From: Lama glama
Taxonomy: Eukaryota
NCBI GenBank assembly: GCA_028534125.1
Contig: CM052817.1
Coordinates: 7,566,001-7,629,581 of the forward strand
Length of the DNA stretch: 63,581 nucleotides
Reading direction: 5' to 3'
Shown: positions 36,350 through 49,599 of the stretch, piece by piece
Layout: every line of letters begins with the position of its first letter
How positions within the stretch are numbered: the first letter of the stretch is position 1
Made by a program: the position numbers and the translations under genes
The notes under the pieces: model-generated
Database searches by the model: none
The model's input: the letters and a program-made list of their open reading frames with translations, nothing else
Told to the model about the DNA's origin: nothing

Positions 36350-37016
36350 AAGGGTCCTTTGGCCACAGCCTTTGTGTTCTCTCCTGAACAGGCTTTCTCA
36401 TTCTTTTCAACATGGATAAGCTGAGAATGTTTCAAATCTTTAAGTTCTGCTTCCCTTTTGATGAACTATTTGAACTTTAAATAATTTCTCTCTTCTTACA
36501 TTTTACTGTAAGCCATCAGGAGGAACCAGGCTGCCCCTTCAACACTCTGCTTGGATGTTTCCTTGGCCAGTATCCAGTTTCATTGCTCACAAGTCCTACC
36601 TTCCACAAAGCACTAGCACAGGAGCACAGTCCAGCCAAGTGCTGTGTGACTCTGTGACAAGAATGCCCTTTCCTCCTTGTCCAGCAGCTTGTTCCTTACT
36701 TCTGCTGGAGGCCCCATCAGAATGACCTTTGTTGCCCGTAGCTCTACAACAGTCTGTTTGGGATTATTTAGGTATTCTCTGAAAAGAATGATGCTTTCTC
36801 TACATGTTTTATTTTATACACTTTTATTTTATACAGCTTTCCTCTCTTCTTTCCAGTTTGCCAGAATCACCTTAGTGGTACATCGACAACAAGGTTTGCC
36901 TTTTCTAGCTTGCACCCCAAGATTTTCCCAACCTCTACCCATTGCCGAGTTCCGAAGCCACTTCCACATTTTTAGGTGTTTGTTACAGCAGCCCCTCACT
37001 TCGTGGTATCAATTTC
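36350..37016 (-). mobile_element. MaLR internal region (MLT-int, 5' part)
   Basis: ccttcaacactctgcttgga, cttccacaaagcactag, gttccgaagccacttccacatttttaggt...ggtatcaatttc, directly abutting an LTR. Confidence 0.85.
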
Positions 37017-37381
37017 TATCTCAGTCTGTTCTGGCTATAACAGAATACAGAATTGACTGAGTAGCTTAAACAACAGAAATTTATTTCTGCTCTGGAGGCT
37101 GGAAGTCCAAGATCAAGGCACTGGCAGAATGGATGTCTGGCAAGAGCCAGCTTGCTTATTTATGGGCGGCAGTCTTTTCACTGTGTCTTCAAGTGGCCAA
37201 AGGGGTAAAGGGTAATTCTGGGGTCTCTTTTACAAGGGCACTAATCTTACTCAGGAAGACCACACCCTCAGGACTTAATCACCTTCCAGAGGCCCCAGCT
37301 CCTCACTTTATCATACTGATGGTTACAATTTCAACATATGAATTTGGGGTGGGGCAGGGGAGACATTCAGTATACAGTACT
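37017..37381 (-). mobile_element. MLT1A-type 5' LTR of the truncated MaLR
   Basis: ctggaggctggaagtccaagatcaagg...ggggtctcttttacaagggcactaat...tttcaacatatgaatttggg. Confidence 0.85.
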
Positions 37382-39479
37382 ACTTATTCCAAAAAAAATT
37401 TAGTTCTGTTTTGGGCACTATGAAGTTTCTGGCACATAAATACATTAACTGCCATGTGGCATTACACAATCTGCTGGGGAAAACCAGCTCGTGAAGAAAC
37501 ATGAATGCAGTGCGGCAAGTATTATATAAAGCAGGAGCGCAGAAAGGGGAGCCATGAGAGGCGAAACACAAACAAGGGCAAGGACGTGTGCGTGTCACTT
37601 ACGGGTAGAACATTCAAAGCTTGCGTTTGCCTGTGTTTGATAAACAATGTCACAGAAGATCATACCACCGCATGGTTATTCAGCTGGCCATGACTTCCGT
37701 CATCATCCATTCCAAGCTTCTCTTTTAGAAGAGAAAAGTTACTTGGTCTGCAGTAGACTTGGAAACTGTTGTGGAAGAGATGGAATTGAACAACAATTTG
37801 ACACATGTCTCAGATTTGAGTACACTCAAAAGTGGAAAATGCCATTACAGAAGAATTGCATGCATTAAGAGTTTACATTCAGTAAAAAAATCTCTACTGT
37901 CACTTTAAATTGAATCATATTTTTTGAACAAAAGGACATGAAATCCTGCAATATTAACCAGCATTTTAAACACATACCACATGCCCTGTCTTGCATTCTT
38001 AGAAATCATCTAGCTTTATTTTGTTTTGTTTGACATTCTTAATATTATATTATGTTAAAGTGTATCACTAATTTAAAACTATTCCTACTTAAGTAAAAAT
38101 TATTACAAAATGGGAAATTATCAGCTTTATTAGATTTTCAAACATAACATTGATTCTTTTCAGTGATAAAAATTTGTATCAGGAATACATAGAAACACCA
38201 GTGGTTACATATCTTTCCACTGGTAACAGTAACTTGGATTTTAATCTCAGTAAAATTAGCACATATGGGAGTTCTTCACAGAGAATGGGAGCAATTTCAC
38301 ATTGTTGTAAAGAACCACTACCCGAGTTCAAGGGAGCAGCCTTCTCTTTGATCACCCCAAAGGAAGATCTCATTCCTCATCATCTATAAACCCAAACTCC
38401 TAACACATAGCATTCTCAACAAGCCAACTCAGATCATACAGATACCTTACTTATCCACTTTTACTACCTTCAGTTCACGTGCTGAACACAGTACATCAGC
38501 TGCAGTCAGACTAGCATGCCCAGTCTCTCCCAGCACAAAGGACAAAACGCCAGCCACTCTAAACCCAAACAATGTAACCTGCAAGGCCACAATACCAGGG
38601 CAGAACTTTTGCGTGCTAAGTTTGTTGGATGCACCAAATCCTTAAGTCTACTTGAGGCTTCTTGGAGAGCTTAGTAATATCTTCCTAGGTGTGCAGATTG
38701 TATTTCCTTTTAGATTCTTACAAAATAATGTAATTTTCATAAATAACTGCCTCGGAGGTCCATCCAGAACAACTTTTGCTTAAAATTAACTTACATTTTG
38801 GAGATTGCAGTTCCCAATGATTTACAAATGAAACTGCTGCCAACCATCTTCATTGCTTAACAAATGGCTCAAATTCAGAAAGGAAAAATTAATGCAATTT
38901 GCTAAATTGTTTTTGAAACAGTGTATTTTAAAAATATATAACATTTATTCTCCAGGGAACAATTTAGAGCTGACCAAGTACATTGTGTTCAATATGTCTC
39001 TGAATTTTGACACCATGTGAATTTCCAAAAAAAACCCCACTGCCTGTTTTTCAGAATCATTTGCACTGTAGTCTTCCATGTATTTCGTGAGTATTGTTTT
39101 ATGTCCAGAAAGTTTCCCCACTTTAGAAAAATACTTTCTTTGGATCAAAAAAAAAAATCCTACTTAAAAGCACTGCTCAAATAGAACCCAATCCATTCAG
39201 CTCTCCAGGGGGCTTACGTCCAAGTGTATCATAAACTTGAAAGAAATACATTGCCATTTCTGTTAACCAAAACATCAAGAGTGGAAGAGTGTGTTCGAGG
39301 CCGATTTAACAAATCTTTTTCAAAATACTATATAACATAACTAAGGGTAGATGTAGATAATCCAGCTACACACAATGCTGGGACACCTAAATGGAATATT
39401 GCTATGCCAGGAAGACGAGCCATGCGTCCCAGAATCCAGCAAACAGGTTTCAGGTTTTAGAAGGAATTCTTCCATGGCA

Positions 39480-39905
39480 AAGTGCTGCTTTCCCAGTATC
39501 TGTTCTGCTCTAGCCAATTAGTCTAAGGCCCTTTAATCACAATTCATTTAGGGTTAAGCAAGACCAAGCCATTTTGGACAGATGAACTGAGAGGTTTGCT
39601 TGGGGCTTCTGAGAGAGATGTTTTCTGGATTTTATGAACATGAGCCAGGTTACCTCTCTCCTCCAAGTTATGAATGAGAAAATGGTGCCCTAGGATACTG
39701 ACAGGCAGATTATAATCATGGGAGAACTTGCCTTAGGACAGAACTAATGACCAACCTTGGTGATATCATTACCTGCTGGACTAACCCATCTTGAAAGCTA
39801 CTACGTCCGAATTCCCTCTCATCTGAATTTAGATGTCTTCATAATGTCCCAGTCTGTTCAAGTTTAAATTGCTATTACTTGCTGCCAAAAGCATCCCAGT
39901 AGAAA
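39480..39905 (+). mobile_element. Old MaLR LTR (MLT1J/K/L-like)
   Basis: gggcttctgagagagat...gctattacttgctgccaaaagcatccc. Confidence 0.55.
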
Positions 39906-41005
39906 TACTTTCTTTTCCTCTCGCTGTATTTTTACATCAAACCATAAAATGGGAAAGTCTGCCAAGATTTTAGCCGTCTCTGGAAAATATGAGGAATTCT
40001 ATGCTATCCTCTTCCTCCACTGACTCCTCTGCATAAGAAGACCAATGATTAGCCAGGCGGACCATTAGCATAAGTGAACGTCAGATCTGGAGAGCGCTTG
40101 GTCTCTTCTGCACTGACGGGGGAAGGGGAGGCCTCGGCTCCCCACATTGCTGTGTGATACTGCACGGGCAGGTGTCTGCTCCCCTGCAGGCAGCTCCCAA
40201 GTGCCTGATGAAGGGCAGAGAGGAAAAATCAGAGAAAGCCCCACATTCCCAAGTCAAGCTTCACCAGTAATAAAGCTGACATTGCACATTTCACAAGGTT
40301 CTAAGCACATGAGTCCAGTCACAATTGGCTCAAAGTCAAGAGAGATTAATTAGCATCTTAAATACCAGGCAAGAGTGTTTATGTCTGAGTACTAGGGGAG
40401 GGGGGTCCTGACTTGTTTTCCAAATGATAATAATAATGAACCTCTGTTTGGTGCCTTTTATAGAACAGGACTGTTCTAAGTATTTTATGCCTATTATCTC
40501 TAACCTTCACAAAATGCTATTTTTTTAAATGTATAGATGAACCAAGGTTCAAACAGTAAGTACCTTGTTGATAATTATCAATGCTCAAAATAGAATCAAG
40601 ATCCATCTAATTACAAGACCACATTTTTCTTACTCTGATACAAAAGATTATTTATTCCTCATGTTTGCCACACATTTAGTTTGTAACTTTGTACCTCTGA
40701 CTTGATATAGGAAAAAAGAAAAACAAACAAACAAACAAACCACCTTTTGTGGAAATACTGGTTGGATCGTTCTGTATAATGACTTATTTAGAGCCCACAT
40801 ATTAGGATGGCCTAATTTCTCTGAGACAAAGACTGTGCAGCTGTGTTATATGTTAGTCATTTCCTTCCAATAACGTTGTAATTTTCCTCATACTGAGGCA
40901 GCACACCCCACATGAAAGAGAAACTGCCCTGGCCAAGGCATGGAAGCTTGTCACAAGGAGCATGATAAAGCCTGTGGGGTTCAGGCCCCGGAGGAGCGGT
41001 CCTCC

Positions 41006-41105
41006 NNNNNNNNNNNNNNNNNNNNNNNNNNNNNNNNNNNNNNNNNNNNNNNNNNNNNNNNNNNNNNNNNNNNNNNNNNNNNNNNNNNNNNNNNNNNNNN
41101 NNNNN
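41006..41105. other. Assembly gap (100 N, probably an unsized placeholder)
   Basis: Run of exactly 100 N. Confidence 1.
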
Positions 41106-41754
41106 ATAAGCAAAGTGGACAAGCATATAAGTAACTCTAAGGTAATGAATTAAGTGTAAATCATAAATTCATAAAAAAATCATAAAATGAGATATTTATC
41201 ACCTCTTTAGGTTGTTTATAATCTTATAGCATTTGAAACAACAGACAAGATTAAAACGGAAAAGAATGTTGTGATTATATATATATATGGAGAGAGAAGA
41301 TATATGAATATAGAGACATAAATTCATAAGTGGTGAATAGATAAATAGGTGATTGATAAATGCATAGATGAATGCTACACAGTTAGGTAGACAGACAGAC
41401 AGACAGCTGGGTAACTGCAAGCTTAGCAGCTTTTCTTCTGCACACTCTCACCCCCCAATCAAATCTCCACCAGGACATGTTGATTGAATCGCAGTCTTTT
41501 GGTGCACATCTCTCCAGATCTATCACATTTCAGTATCTTACACAAAGGGATGAGGTGGTAAGTAATTTGCAGCCAAGGATAATTTTTTTTATTTGAACTA
41601 ATTTTTTAAGTTGTTGTTTAGTGTGGATTTTTTACAAATGACAAAAACTAAATTTCTGACCTACCAATGCAGACTGATCCAGAAAATCAGAGATGTGAGA
41701 ACTAAAAAAGCATCAACAGATGATAGAGAAATAGCATTTTCTTTATTTACTTAG

Positions 41755-41873
41755 AACTAGAAAGAAACATTCTATGGATTCCCGTGATTTGCACTTTACC
41801 AGCTCCTAGTGTTGTTGTTACAAAATCCCATGATGTCATTTTCATAATTTGATGCAGATGTCATCCTTGTCAG
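41755..41873 (+). other. Candidate 119-nt exon (non-coding or UTR) or recursive splice site
   Basis: Acceptor ttttctttatttacttag|, donor CAG|GTAAGT; stop codons in all three frames. Confidence 0.35.
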
Positions 41874-44164
41874 GTAAGTATAAACTATATGTTATACTTT
41901 CTCCATATTATAGCTTCATACGTTCTTAAGACTTCCTTTTGTAACAGCTAACATAAACCCCAAGTTAAAGAAATGTACTGGAAAGACATCTTAGACTGGC
42001 TAGCCCCTACCTAACAATCTCAGACAAGAATTTGGAGCCAGATGTCAAGAAATACCTCACATAGAATTCGTTCATAGCCAGGCTCTCATCCATCCAGGTG
42101 TGGCATACAAGAAAGCATTACTTTAATGCTACTTCAGTATTGTTGTCATGCATTACAAAATTCTCTAATGCAAGGAAAGATTTGGTAAGGTTACAGTCAT
42201 TGCCATTCTGGGCATAAGAGTTTCTCCCTGTTACCGTTATAGTCATGTTCCGTTACTCAGATATACTCATTGTGTATATACACTGCGTCAGGTTATATCA
42301 GAGTTTCTGTCTCCACTAGAGTATTTGCTACACTCTTCATCCTCACGCCTGTATACATCTACTAAGTTGATTAAATTATAATTAAACTGGACTGTCTATT
42401 AAGAGATGTTGGGGAAGCAATCAAGGGTTCTGGTGTTATTTGTTAAATGCTGATTTCACCCATCTGCAGATTCAGGGAATAGACACCTGCAAAGGCCATT
42501 AGATCAATGTTCCTAACACGCTGCTAAGTGTCAGGCACTTGGGTGCCCTTGCAGATAAATAATATGAAAGGGAAATAATGACCTACCAGACAAGACAGGT
42601 TGATATGCTCTCGCTGAAACACAGTAAAACATGATTTCATGGAAATGCGTACATAAAAGTAAAGAATCCTAGCAGAAGAGATCTTTTTTGTTTTTTCATG
42701 TCCTTGTCTCTTCTCTCTTGCTAGAGTAGAGGCAGCAACTTAACTGAGGATGGGGAGTTTTTCTTACTCAAGTTTTTGTCTTTGCATAACGAAGTATTAC
42801 ACTCTTCTGAAATGTGATTTTCCTGTGTGTGCTTGGATGCACAATGAAAGGGTGACCCAGGAAATAAAGCTTTCAACATTTTATTTATTTCCTTATGTAT
42901 GTGGGTGTATACAGAGAGGGATGGGAAGGGTGGCACAGGAGTGGGAAGGAGAAAATATGGATGTGTCATGGATACATTGACCCAGAGGCAGTGTGAACTA
43001 GTAAAAGGCCGGGACGAGAGTGAGAAATCCAAGACTTGTCCCCTGCAGTGACCAAGCAACTAGCTTCTTTGACTCTCAGTTTTATCACCTAAATCAATCA
43101 CGTCTCTGTTCATATTACAATTGTTGGGAAAATCAAATAAGTATATATCCTTATATTACATACAGACATACCAATGCATCCATACCTATGTAAATACTTA
43201 AGAAACTGGGACAAAAGTGGTCATAAACAAGAAGAGTGAAACTTCAGCTGGTCTAATCCATATGAAAATAAATTTCAGTCCATGAGTCACTTAGTCATAA
43301 GCTGTAATTGCAATCATAAGGCTTTGAAAGAGAGCGTCTAGGAAGACAAAACAGACAATCGGTGTTTGCATTTTTTGTGCACCTTCCAGTTCACCAAAGA
43401 TTTCCATATGTGTTACCTTATTTGATTATCATATGAATCCCAGAAGCCGAAGTTAGCTGAGATGGCATTTGTTGAGAAGCATTTAGTTGTTGACTTGTTG
43501 CTGGAAGCATCTCTAATCTGCCACCAATCAGGGACTCTATTAATTACCTGTTTGTTTTGTTTGCTTTTCTGCTGTTGTTTCCCCTTTTAAAGACAGCATC
43601 AAGCAGTTCTTTTTGTGTTCACACCAAACAAGAAAAGGCTGATAAAACTGTCTCCTCCAAAGAATCAGTTTTGTTCTAGTTTTAACAAGAGCTGCCTATC
43701 ATGTAAAACATGAGTTCCTGCTCTATTTTTTCAACCTGAAACGTCTTAAAACACATAGCATAGATTCAGGAGTATAATAAAGCTTTTCCCTGACCTTTAA
43801 GTCATCAGAATCTGGCATAGTTTCCATTCCAAACTCCTATCACCAAACCTTGAAATGCTTACCAAAAACAAAACAAAACAAAACAAAAAAGCCAAAACCA
43901 AAACCAAAACAACAACAACAAAAATTCTTATTGTGAAATTTTGCATCATTTTAAAGTAATGTGTCACCATTAATTAAATACATGTCAACAAAACACATTC
44001 ACCACGCAACCATCCTGGATAAAGCCTGAGATGAAGCCTTTTTTAGAAATGTGAATCAGAGAGTAAGCTGGATTAGAACTAAAGGCTATTTTGGCAATTT
44101 TTATAACAAAAATGGAAACCACAGATAAAAACTGTTTCCGTTGTCCTAGGTTTTTTCTCTCTCT

Positions 44165-44810
44165 CTTTATTCTAGCAGCTCTATTGAGATATAATTTATA
44201 TACCATAGAATTCATCCATGTAAAGTGTACAAATCAATGCTTTTTGGTGTATTTTCAGAGTTACACAATCATCACTACAGTCTAATTTTAGAACATTTCA
44301 TCATCCTCCCCAAAAAATCCTATACCTGTTAGCAGTCATTCCCCATTGTCTCTCTCTACTTTTCCTCATCCACCTCAGGGCAAATACCAATATATTTTCT
44401 GTCCCATGGATTTGCCAGTTCTGGACATTACAGAGAAATGGAACTATCCAACATTTGCTCTTTTGTAGCTGGCTTGGCTTCTTTCACATAGCATGTTTTC
44501 AAGGTTCATTCACATTGTAGCATATGTTGATAACTCATTCCTTTTTATAGCCAAATAGTATTCCATTGTATGGATATACCACATTATGCTTATTCACCCA
44601 TCATTTAATGGACATTTGGGTTGTTTCCACTATTGTGTATAATGCTGTTATAAACATTTATGTACAAGTTTTTGGTGATGTATTTTCTATAATCTTGGGT
44701 ATACACCTAGGAGTAGAATTACTGGATCATATGGTAACATTTTAAAGAACTGCCAAATTGTTTTTCAAAGACACTACACCAGTTTACAACCTCATTAACA
44801 CTGTATGACC
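44165..44810 (-). mobile_element. L1MB-type 3' end
   Basis: attgagatataatttatatacc...ttttagaacatttca...gtattccattgtatggatataccac...tatacacctaggagtagaatt. Confidence 0.88.
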
Positions 44811-46499
44811 CATTATTTAATCTAATGTTATAAGTTAAATAATAAAACTTATTTTTCCTTATTTCATAATAAAATAAATACAGTAACTGACCTCCAATTA
44901 CTCTAACAAACCATCAGTTACTCTGATATTGGTTTTAAAATATGATGCCCTACTTCTTATTTTCAATTTTTCTGTACCCCTATGACCCAGCTTTCATTTT
45001 TGAGACAGTTTTTTTCTTTCTTAAATATTCATTGGGGCTTAAACATATTATTTGATAGTCAAGTGACCTAAAATATCTACCTGTTGAAAAAATGGAAATT
45101 TTGCTGTGGTCAACTTTTGTAAATAATCCAGTCTACATATTTGAAAAGTGAATGTAATTCTTCTCAATGAGCTACAGAGTTTCTTAGAAAACTATTAGCT
45201 CAGTATTATGAACAGTATAATTTCTTCTCCCACTGACCATATTTGCTATCTATTCATAAGTTTATTGGGAAGATGTATGCACTAACTCATATACAGCTTG
45301 AGGAGAAAAAAGACTGGCACATAGAAACAGTTCAGTATTATTAGCTACTTTTGTCCAATCACATGAAAGCAAAACCTCCTTTTACAGTTCTATCCCTGTC
45401 CATTTATTCTCAGGTCTCTAAAATGGCTTATTCACATGTTCAAATTTTGTGCTGTTAAACTTATCTTTATTGAGGTCAGAACTTCGTAATAGAATATATT
45501 TCATCTTCATTTAATAGCAGTATTTATCAATAGTGTTAATTTAATTCTAATTTGTCTGACTTTAATATTGACACCTTTACTATCCTTTTGTTTTAAGCTT
45601 GAGTGAAAATAGAACTGTATTCATTCTTAATATTTTTCTGAACCACTTTGATCTAATCTATTTTGCTAACCAAATATTGTTTGATTTTATTTTTTAATTC
45701 ATCCTGGAAATGAATGCCCACTGACAGGATACCTTAGATTAATAATGTTTATTATTGTGATTTTGTGTGTGTGTGTGATTTATAATGTCATCCTATGCTA
45801 TGCTGTTTTTGCTTCCCTGATAATCTTTTATACCACACATCTTAGGAATGGAAATTAAAATTTTCATATGACTTGAAATTTTATTTTGACTCCACTGTGT
45901 AAGTTGAAACCAATTTAGAAAATACAAATAAACAAAAAAGATTATTTCATTTTTTAAAATTTATAATCTCCTAAAATTTTACTGGCTGTAGAAACAGCTA
46001 TTGAGGACATGCATCAAATATATTTATTGCAAATGGTGAGCCACTTGGGAATGAAGGGTAAATAATTAGAATTTCCCATGAAAATGCTGACAGACACTTT
46101 TAAAAGAGTCATTTTCCTGGAAATTTTATATCATACCCACCTCATAATAATTTGTTGTCAATTTGACTATTTTATGATAGTTTTCACAGAGATCTGGGGT
46201 GGTCAACTCACTGGCTTGTAATGACACTTCCATTTCTGGTTCACAGCAAGGATTATATATGAGTTTGGGCTCTCAGAAGTCCGTTTTTCCATTAACAAAA
46301 AAAAAAGAAAATAGCATAAATAAATTAGATGACCCAACTAGAATTGAACACTCAGTGTTCCCCTTAAAACAATGATTGTCTCCTTCATCACACAAGGAAA
46401 ATAATGTTTTTTCTAAACCAAACACCTGAAAACAATTTAGAGTCATTAATACATATGCATAACATTTATAAAAATTATTTCTGAAGTAGAGACAATAAA

Positions 46500-46820
46500 G
46501 ATTGTCACCCAATACCCATTCCTATTCCCTCCATGGACACGAGGCATTTGTAGCCTGGGTGCCAGGGCTCAGAATGGAGACCACATTTCCAAGCTACCCT
46601 GCAGGTGGGTGGCTGTGGGAAGGAGACATGCCAGCACAGCGGAAGCCATTTTACAAGGAAAATTACTTGCACGAATATCCATCTTCACCTCTTCCTCTCT
46701 ACTGTTTCTAGAATGTGGAGACCACGCTGCATCATGAAAACAAGGACCAGTCTAGAAAGAGTCTGTGGAGTTCCCACATCACCAGGGATGGCTGGCTGCC
46801 AGGCAGTGAGTGAGAACAAG
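46500..46820 (+). mobile_element. MaLR LTR fragment (MLT1-type)
   Basis: ccacatttccaagctaccctgcaggtgggtggc... Confidence 0.45.
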
Positions 46821-46824
46821 CTGC

Positions 46825-47045
46825 AACACAGATTCTGGAGCTGGGTAGCCTGTGTTCAAGTTGTCTCCACCACTCATCAGCTGCTGCGAAATCTTGGGAA
46901 AGTTATCTGCTCTGTGTCTGACATTCCTCATTTGCAAAATGGGGGTAAAAACGGTCCAACAGAGTTCTGTAACAATTTAAAACATCAACAAAGGGAAAGC
47001 ACTCAGAATGGTGCCTGGCACACAGCAAATGCTAAAAGTTGCCAG
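46825..47045 (+). mobile_element. MIR
   Basis: agattctggagc...cctgtgttcaag...cttgggaaagtt...cctcatttgcaaaatgggg...gtgcctggcacacagcaaatgct. Confidence 0.8.
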
Positions 47046-48764
47046 CCACTCTTGTTCATTTAAGAGAACAAAATTCAATCTTGTTAAAAATATTGCCACT
47101 TAGTTTTTTTCTGTTAGTCTCTGCTAAATTACTTTTAATTCAAGTGTCATACAGATGTCACTTGCAGTTATAATAAAATATAGATTTTCATTAATGGATT
47201 TCTAAACTAAGTCCATAGTCTTTTCAACTTCTCCAAGGATACCACAAGGCAAAAATACTGAGAGAGAAAAATTACCACTCTTAGTATTTACATACTTGTG
47301 TGGCTATCAGATAGACAATGACTTTATCATGCTACGTTTTATATCTCCATTCCTCCCAAAAGCCAAAGTTGGTATTGGCCTTTTTCTAAGTCACTTTTCC
47401 CCTATTATGTGCACATATACAAGAATGTATATATATACACCTACATGTATATGACTGGGCTGTAGATATTATCAATGCATTACTTGGCCTTTGACATTTA
47501 AAATTTTTTTAAAAAGAGAAAAAAAGCAGAAGTCATCGATTGTGATGAAAACATGGTCAAAGGTGCTAAGTTTCTTTTAGTGAAAACTTTTTGGTTTTAT
47601 TCTCTTAACATAAAAAGATTGTATTTAAAATAAATTCTTTACTTGAAACTTTAATAACATATTATTTTAAGTTTATGGTAAATATATTGTTTTCATAACA
47701 AAAAGAACAATGAGCATTTATTACATTTTTCTGTAACTATTTACTTATTGGCTCCATTCCTATGTCCCAGACTGAGAAATTTTGCAGGGATTTTATTTTG
47801 TTTCTTCTCCTATCTCCCATAAGTGGTATTGTACCTAACACATAGGTAGGGTACAATAATTAAGTTTTGAAAGAATGAAGAAATAAATGGGTTTCATAGG
47901 CTCCCAGAGCTGATAGTGACCCCATTATACTAGGAAGAAAATCAAGGCTCTGAGATGTAAAAAGGCTTGCCTGACAACCTATAGGTACATGGGGGTAGAA
48001 ACAGTCAAGAGCTCAATTCCCCTGTTTCTCAACTCCATAGGATCTGTTTAATCCCCACCATATGTTTGAAATTTTAGGAGTGAGAACTTTTAATTTTTTC
48101 TATCATTTTTTGTAAGTGGTGCTGAATGATGAAAAAAGGGGCAGTAGGGGGGAGGGGAGGAGGAGGGAGATACAATTCAAACCGCCAGTGATGAAAATAA
48201 ATTAGTCGGAGGCATCCTGAAGGTTCAGGAACTAATAACCATGCATGGCAGCAAGCATATGTTTTTCCTGGCACAGTCTGACTCTGATCGTAAGCAAGAA
48301 CAGAAGTCGGTATTTCATTACTTTGAGCATCTGTATCACGGCATTTGTGTATGACAGTGGTGTTCAGGGAGAAAGATTAAAAAGAAATTTCTTGTTATTA
48401 CATATTTTGAGATGTTCTATATTCCTACAGCATGGTTTATTTTTAGTTCCCTCTCTCAGCATGCAACCCTGACTATTTGGAGATAGAAAAATCTCTAACA
48501 GACACAAATTCTTAGGTACATATACTATGTGGCACGGGCTGCCTCCATTTGAATCCTGGCTTCTGTCCGTAGCTGTGTGACTTTGAACAGCAAAATAACA
48601 TTTGAGGTCCTTGTTTCTTATCTGAAAACATACAGTTGAAACTTAAATATATATATAAATTTAAATATAAATATACATATATATGTAGTACTTATCAGGA
48701 TATTTGGAGTGTTAAGATCATATATGTAAAGCATCTAGCACAATGTTTGAAATTTTAAAATATT

Positions 48765-49290
48765 CTATCATTAGCTATTTGTGTGAAACAAATTACGTCG
48801 AAACTTAGTGCCTTAAAACAACGGGCGTTTATCATTTGAGTTTACAGGTTCATGGCATGGCACCACGCTGGCTGACCTGGACTCACTGCAGTGACTCTTG
48901 ATTTCGGCTGGACTAACACCTGCTTCTGAAAGTCGGATGGGGCATTCTGCTCCGAGCTCAGACTTGGCGAGGGCAGCTTAACGGATGCGGCTTTGATCAC
49001 ATGTCCTTCATCCGGTCCCCAGCATTAACCCAGGCTAGCTCACCCAGACACGTTCTTCCCAAGAAAGTGGTGGAATCACAGGGACAAGCAGCTTAATATG
49101 CAAACGCTTTTCACAGCTTTGCTTGCTTCTTTTCTGCAAATATCTGCTTGGCCAGATCAAGTCTCACGGCAAGATTAGGAGCAGAAATGCACCCCTCCAG
49201 CCCACTTCCTCTGGTGTGGATGTACTGCAAGGTTAAAAAGCAAAGAGCATGGATATAGGAAAGAAGTCAAGTTGGCAGCAATAACACAAT
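48765..49290 (-). mobile_element. MaLR LTR (MLT1G/H-like)
   Basis: aaacttagtgccttaaaacaac...caggctagctcaccc...ttggccagatcaagtctcacggc...caaagagcatggatatagg. Confidence 0.7.
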
Positions 49291-49599
49291 TTTAAAAACA
49301 CTCAACAATTGTACAACGCTGAGTAATAGTAGCTCTGTCACTTACTTACCATATCTTTGCACATGAAGTGCCTTATTTCTTCCTAAGCTATTGAATTGCA
49401 CAGGGCACTTGTTCAAACTGCTCCTAACTTAAATAGTCTGAAGCTTGCTAAGTAGCGTAGACAGTACCCTACAGCTTGGCGAAGCTGCGCCCTTTCTAAC
49501 CCATCAGAAGTGGGACACTCGACAGCAGAGCACATTTCCCATCATCTCTTTTTCAGGTGCCTTCCTTTCAGCTCATTCCCTTTTTACACTCCTGGCATT

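Noticed and set aside
35536..37381. Two same-strand MLT1A-type LTRs as the ends of one provirus
   Set aside because: The left LTR has its own 5-bp near-TSD, and the sequence between it and the internal region is older L2-like DNA, so these are independent insertions
41757..41873. Frameshifted reading HDVIFI-DADVILV resembling a glycosyltransferase DXD motif
   Set aside because: It needs a frameshift, is very short, and no supporting exons of such a gene were found
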